A stretch of DNA of 64,000 bases from Nitrospiraceae bacterium (lineage in GTDB: Bacteria; Nitrospirota; Nitrospiria; Nitrospirales; Nitrospiraceae). The notes beneath the pieces were generated by a model, which saw only the letters and a list, made by a program, of their open reading frames with translations, had not been told where the DNA came from and searched no databases. Shown in pieces: positions 59,479-64,000 of this stretch. The stretch lies in contig JBFWWG010000015.1 of assembly GCA_050246315.1 (NCBI GenBank), positions 1 to 64,000 of the forward strand. Direction: 5' to 3'. The translations under genes and the position numbers were made by a program. Positions within the stretch are counted from its first letter, which is position 1, and each line of letters starts with the position of its first letter.

Positions 59479-59897
59479 AAGGGGATGCGGAGGCCCATGT
59501 GAAATTCGTTGGGCAGGTACCCGCCGGTCGTGTTGCCCAGTATGCTTTTCTGCTGCAGCGTAGGGTCCTGGCTGAGCATCCGATCCTGTTCGGTCGCGTA
59601 TCCGCCGCCGAATCCGGCGCCGAGATAAGGAATCAACGTTTGGTCGCCAACCTGGATCTCTCCGCTGATGGTCGGCGGTTCGCGCAACATCCTGGCGGTC
59701 GGGTCGGGAAGGGGAGGCGAGTCCATAGGGCCAGGAGTCCCGCGTTGGAGTGTGGAGAGACTTGGAGGTACGCTTCCATGTTCGCTCTCAGCCTCGCCGG
59801 CCCATGACGCGACGCTCGTGTGGATGGGCGCGGCTACGAGGAGGCTTACTGTGGCAAGCCGAATCGTCATGAATAATGCGGGCCAAGCGTGGCTCAT
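59475..59897 (-). CDS. Small exported protein with a beta-signal-like C-terminus
   Basis: Signal-like N-terminus, IPYLGAGFGGGY, terminal FHMGLRIPF. Confidence 0.65.
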   Translation of the reverse strand: MSHAWPALFMTIRLATVSLLVAAPIHTSVASWAGEAESEHGSVPPSLSTLQRGTPGPMDSPPLPDPTARMLREPPTISGEIQVGDQTLIPYLGAGFGGGYATEQDRMLSQDPTLQQKSILGNTTGGYLPNEFHMGLRIPF

Positions 59898-60246
59898 ATC
59901 GATTGCCTCGGCGGTTATCGCGGCAATGCGACCTGGTCCCCTGCCTGGCATCGGCAGGATCGATCAGGTCCGAGGGCGCCGCTAGTAGTAGACGTCGTGC
60001 CCGCGGCCGACAATGCCGACGAATATGCAAACTGAAATCTGAGGCGAAGCAATCACCATGCCGAGGCTCATCGCTATTCAAATTGGGGAGGCGAGAGAGG
60101 AGGTGGGAGATAGCCTGTCTACTTCACAGCACAGGTCTGTGTCTGCAGGGATTCACCTGACTCGGATAGGCGACGGCGTCAAGCTCGGTCCAGCAGTCAC
60201 GATAGAGGTGCAACAGCAGTCGTGCCAAGCGGGTACTGGTGCACAA

Positions 60247-60283
60247 GAAAAAGGGAGCACGGCCTTGACACCGTGCCCCCTTC
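60247..60283 (-). terminator. Intrinsic terminator of the repeat-peptide gene
   Basis: aagggggcacgg-tgtcaagg-ccgtgctccctt followed by a T run on the minus strand. Confidence 0.7.
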
Positions 60284-60333
60284 CCAACGAACAGGCCGTC
60301 TTGGTCTAGCCGACGGCCAGTCTTGGTCTACGA

Positions 60334-60600
60334 TTACTTGCCGCCCTCGTCCTTCTTCTCACCGGAGAGCTTGCCGCCCTCGTCCTTCTTCTCACCGGAG
60401 AGCTTGCCGCCCTCGTCCTTCTTCTCACCGGAGAGCTTGCCGCCTTCGTGCTTCTTATCATCAAACAGCTTGCCGCCCTCGGGCTTCTTCTCGTCGAACA
60501 GCTTGCCACCCTCGTCCTTCTTCTCGCCGTAGAACGCGAAAGCGCCGGTGGTGAAGCTCAGCAACGCCGCAAAGGCCAGCAATCCAGCAAACTTCTTCAT
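60334..60600 (-). CDS. Secreted 88-aa peptide made of six 11-aa repeats
   Basis: GGAGG RBS, Sec signal ending in AFA, then six units of xx(G/D)(E/D)KK(D/P/H)EGGK encoded by 33-bp tandem repeats; has its own terminator. Confidence 0.85.
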   Translation of the reverse strand: MKKFAGLLAFAALLSFTTGAFAFYGEKKDEGGKLFDEKKPEGGKLFDDKKHEGGKLSGEKKDEGGKLSGEKKDEGGKLSGEKKDEGGK

Positions 60601-61003
60601 GACAAAACCTCCCTACTAGTGAATGTGAAGTGAATGATGATTGAGGTAGGACTCAGGATACGCTCCACTCGAAACTGTTCTTTGGTCTCTGGTGCGCCCG
60701 ATCCATCCTCCCTCTCGCACGCTCACGAGTACCAAAAGGAAGAGGGCTCCTCCAATAGACAAATCTCCGGTCAAGGGTCACAAAAAATCCAGTTGCTTTG
60801 TCGCGAAAGAACACTTCAGAATAGGTCGGCTGGCAGGTCCGTAGGTCGTCCGTAGGTCGGAAGGTCGGTCGGATTCTTCTGTAGCTTGTCGGCTCGTGCC
60901 GAGGGTGTGACGGTTTGTATTCAGCTCTTGGTTCTCCCCGTGACAGGGGCATGGTCCCCGGGGATGAACGCGCGCCTCGCTTCAAGCGAAGGACAAGGGA
61001 CAT

Positions 61004-61942
61004 ATGAATCCCGTGCAGGAAGCGAATTCGGGACTCAGCCTCCTGATCACCTCTTCCGAAGACTTCGATCGCGTCATGATCGACGCCTTACCCGAGTTGC
61101 TGGACCTGGCCACCCAGCATACCAAGCGATTTCTCAAAGAAACCGGTCAGTGGGTGAATGACACGACTCATGAAAAATTGGCTCTCCGCTGGGGCTATGA
61201 ATTAGTCGAACGATTTGTTGTGTGCGGACGGGCGGAAGTACCCTGCCGGCCGCTGTTCTTGCTGGAGAGCCAGATCGCGAAATATTTTAGCCAGCCGCAG
61301 CCGCTGTGCTACCACCCTGACCTGTTGTCGCCGTTGGGCCGGCTGCTGGACGGGCTGGCCTCTCGGGCTGTGGTCAGCCGAGATGCCCTGATGGCGCTGT
61401 TTTATCATGTGTACGGGCTGCGTCAGGGACAGGTCGTTCGGCTGCTTGGCTTTGGGGCGGCCGAGAGCCAGCGTGTGTACAAGAATTTTGAGCGATGGCG
61501 GCAAACGGGGTGGCATCGGACGCTGGAAGAAGTCGGATTAAGCGAAAACGACTTGGCGGAAATCGAGGAGATCAAGCAACGCGATCAGGAGGCTTTTAAT
61601 CTGGAGGTCCGCCGATTGCTCAGGATTCTCCAGGCCCATTACCGGAAGAGTGAACCCGACCATTATCCCTGTCTCTCACGGGAACGCTGGCAGGAACTGT
61701 TCCGGCAGGATTTTGGGCACGATTATCGCGTCTGGCATCTGGCGTTTTGTCACGAATGTTTGGCGGAAGTGGGGCGAATGCGGTATGACACCGTGGACAG
61801 CACGAGACAGATTGCGATGGATCTACAGATACGTCCGTTACACAAGACCGGTGTAATCGGAGTGCTGATGGGAACACGGGGAGGACATGGTCATCATGGA
61901 ACAGGACGCAGATCTCAACGCGTATCGACAACGACTGCTTGA
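61004..61942 (+). CDS. Hypothetical regulator: sigma region 4-like HTH plus C-terminal zf-HC2/ZAS-like motif
   Basis: ALFYHVYGLRQGQVVRLLG...QRVYKNFERWR (HTH-like) and HYPCLS...WHLAFCHECL (HxxxCxxC). The product call is inference. Confidence 0.6.
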   Translation: MNPVQEANSGLSLLITSSEDFDRVMIDALPELLDLATQHTKRFLKETGQWVNDTTHEKLALRWGYELVERFVVCGRAEVPCRPLFLLESQIAKYFSQPQPLCYHPDLLSPLGRLLDGLASRAVVSRDALMALFYHVYGLRQGQVVRLLGFGAAESQRVYKNFERWRQTGWHRTLEEVGLSENDLAEIEEIKQRDQEAFNLEVRRLLRILQAHYRKSEPDHYPCLSRERWQELFRQDFGHDYRVWHLAFCHECLAEVGRMRYDTVDSTRQIAMDLQIRPLHKTGVIGVLMGTRGGHGHHGTGRRSQRVSTTTA

Positions 61943-63221
61943 GTCGCTTCAGGAACTGCCGAAGCGCCGTCGTGAGGAACGCCCCGATGCGCTTCAGGTA
62001 TTTGTGAACCAAGAATGCGTCGGCTGCCTGAATTGCCGTAGCAGCGACCCGACATTTGTGTTTGCCAGTCGGGAACGGAGCATCCACTCCTTCGAGGTGC
62101 GTACGGAAACCGGGATGTTGCTCGGCGGACTCTCCGCGCCGGAACTCGGCCTCAAGGCCCAGCGACTCGAATGGCCGGGCTACAGCCTGGACGTCACGAT
62201 TCATAACCGGCTCGACGGCGGCTCGTTGCGTGTGGCCTATGCGGTCGCGCCCTCCTGGTGGAGTCGGCTCGGGCGCGCGGCGAGCGGCGCATTCTCGCCG
62301 GCCGGCCGGGTTCCCGGTGCGCCGGCCTTCGGTCTGCGAGCGATGTTGTTGGCGCAGGTCGTGCTGCTGGCGGCGGTGACCTTCTTGATCGGCGATCGGT
62401 TGTTCGACCGCATGCGGCAAACGGAGCAGACCATCGGGGCGGTTCAGCAGGCGCAGCACGAGCTGGCCTCCGCCGTCCAAGCCCAAGCCCAAGAGGCGAT
62501 CACACGCCTGGAAGCGAAGGTGAACCAAGTCTTGCAGGCACAGGCCTCGTCGGTATCCGTCGCCGAGGGAAACCAAAAGGCCATTTCGACCATGCAGCGC
62601 GCGATGGATGAACTGGCTCAACAGCAGCGCGTGATGGGAACACAAGTGGTCTCGGTCCAACATATGGAGGAGCACCAGGAGCGGGTGGCGAGGCAGGCCA
62701 ACCAGGAAGTCGAGCGAATGGCCAAGGTCATGATGAGCCAGGTGCAGACCGACCGGGAGGAATTGCGCGACGGGTTCCACAGTCTGTCGTTGGCCAACGA
62801 GCATCTCGCCAAGCAAGTGAGTTCGCTGGAAAAAAAGAACCAGGATTTAGTGAACCGGCTGAGAACGGCGGGAATGGATATATCCTCGCGCGTCAGGGAT
62901 GCGGGGGAGTCCGGTCCCATGCTGGCCAAAGAGAGGGACCGAGCGGAATCGGCACCGGTTCAAACGCAGATGGCCGAGGCCCGTCCAGACGGGTCGCCGT
63001 TGAAGTTTTTTGTCTCGTTCCATGACGGGACGTCCGAAGAGAGCATCGATCGGTGGCTCCAGGAGATCCAGGCGCGCAAGGGCGATCTGGATTCCGGATG
63101 GTATACGGTTGAGTTGGCTCAACCGACGCAGCAGCCGGCCGACCGGTTCCTCGAATCAATTAAGACCGTCAAAATCATCAAGGCGGTCACCAAGAGCCGC
63201 ACCCGCCTTCCCGCCCGATAA
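61887..63221 (+). CDS. Single-pass membrane protein with a long coiled coil and a small C-terminal alpha/beta domain
   Basis: N-domain with CVGCLNC, TM at about residues 152-170, Gln-rich coiled coil, C-terminal FFVSFHDGTSEESIDRWLQEI..GWYTVEL; GGAGG RBS. Confidence 0.7.
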   Translation: MVIMEQDADLNAYRQRLLESLQELPKRRREERPDALQVFVNQECVGCLNCRSSDPTFVFASRERSIHSFEVRTETGMLLGGLSAPELGLKAQRLEWPGYSLDVTIHNRLDGGSLRVAYAVAPSWWSRLGRAASGAFSPAGRVPGAPAFGLRAMLLAQVVLLAAVTFLIGDRLFDRMRQTEQTIGAVQQAQHELASAVQAQAQEAITRLEAKVNQVLQAQASSVSVAEGNQKAISTMQRAMDELAQQQRVMGTQVVSVQHMEEHQERVARQANQEVERMAKVMMSQVQTDREELRDGFHSLSLANEHLAKQVSSLEKKNQDLVNRLRTAGMDISSRVRDAGESGPMLAKERDRAESAPVQTQMAEARPDGSPLKFFVSFHDGTSEESIDRWLQEIQARKGDLDSGWYTVELAQPTQQPADRFLESIKTVKIIKAVTKSRTRLPAR

Positions 63222-63389
63222 GGTCGGCTCTCGGCCTACGAGCGACGAGGAAGGCGGCGCGCGGCAGATCGACGCCCCTGACGTTCGGAGAGCATCGGAA
63301 CCGAGTCGTCGTGGTATGCCGACTCCTCAGGGCCGCGGCGCCGTCATCCTGACAGATCGCACGATTGCACGGGTTGAAAGGTCCCCCTC

Positions 63390-64000
63390 GTGTCGGACTT
63401 CTTCCAAAACGGCGTCGTGGCCGTGTTGCACCGGCTCGGTCCGGATAATCTGCACCAGCTTGAGGCGGATCTGCGGGCGTATGCCGAAACCAATCCGATC
63501 GCGCTGGTGCTCCCTTCCCTGTTCGCCGAACTGTCACGACCGGCGCTCAGGCAGATCGTGGCGACCCTCCGGAACGTTCCCTACCTGAATGAGATCGTCG
63601 TCTCCTTGGATCGAGCCTCGCCGCTCGAATTCCGACATGCCAAGGAATATTTTTCGGTCCTGCCGCAGCGGGTTCGCCTGATCTGGAACGACGGTCCCGG
63701 TATTCAAGACCTTCTGCACCGGCTCGAATCGTGCGCCATCGACATTGGAATGCCGGGCAAGGGGCGGGGCTGCTGGATGGCCTTTGGTTATGTGCTGGCC
63801 AGAGGGCAGAGCCGGGTCCTGGCGTTACACGACTGCGACATTCTCAGTTACAGTCGCGAGTATCTCGCTCGGCTCTGCTATCCGATCGCCAACCCCAATA
63901 TGGGCTATGAGTTCTGCAAAGGCTACTACAGCCGCATCACCGACCGGCTGCACGGCCGTGTGACGCGGCTTTTCTTCACTCCGCTGCTTCGGAGCCTGCA
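63390..64000 (+). CDS. Glucosyl-3-phosphoglycerate synthase-like glycosyltransferase (partial, runs off the window)
   Basis: GTG start, MSDFFQNGVVAVLHRL, ALVLPSLFAEL, VPYLNEIVVSLDRA, GKGRGCW, LHDCDI, FCKGYYSR...GRVTRL. Confidence 0.8.
   Translation, partial: MSDFFQNGVVAVLHRLGPDNLHQLEADLRAYAETNPIALVLPSLFAELSRPALRQIVATLRNVPYLNEIVVSLDRASPLEFRHAKEYFSVLPQRVRLIWNDGPGIQDLLHRLESCAIDIGMPGKGRGCWMAFGYVLARGQSRVLALHDCDILSYSREYLARLCYPIANPNMGYEFCKGYYSRITDRLHGRVTRLFFTPLLRSL

Noticed and set aside
52705..60300. Intact tRNA-anchored genomic island or prophage
   Set aside because: I found no integrase, no phage genes and no downstream duplication of either tRNA 3' end. Only decayed accessory content is visible.
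60337..60530. 33-bp tandem repeats as a CRISPR array
   Set aside because: There are no spacers, and the repeats are in-frame coding units of a signal-peptide ORF.

Overview
Chromosomal window from a GC-rich bacterium, most likely Nitrospira/Nitrospirota. That assignment is inferred from the two CydA-like genes clustered with Rieske/cytochrome b, c-type cytochromes and an EbdC/NxrC-like gene, plus hopanoid genes. Contents in order: the 3' end of an IS3 element; ahcY-metK; a system II cytochrome c maturation operon; bamD; fabH-DUF47-pit with phoBR; ispH-smc-shc-hpnG-mlaEFDC-Omp85-DUF1207-dxs-ispG; and tRNA-Cys. A lower-GC interval follows, holding two unannotated microproteins, a DnaA-box/NrdR-box cluster and a decayed ISL3 that carries a 98-bp IS5-type MITE. 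Then come hpnH, the 11-gene respiratory cluster, ubiA, a pseudo-caspase lipoprotein and tRNA-Thr. The last part is an accessory region: broken toxin-antitoxin modules, a patatin, a fluoride riboswitch with an antiporter, an MFS transporter, a secreted 11-aa-repeat peptide divergent from a sigma-like/zinc-finger gene pair, and the start of a glucosyl-3-phosphoglycerate synthase-like gene. The least explained signals are (1) a family of ~85-90-bp structured units arrayed directly behind both unrelated tRNA genes, (2) the repeat-peptide / HTH-ZAS / membrane protein module, and (3) the oriC-like DnaA-box cluster. All calls were made by eye from motifs and no searches were run.
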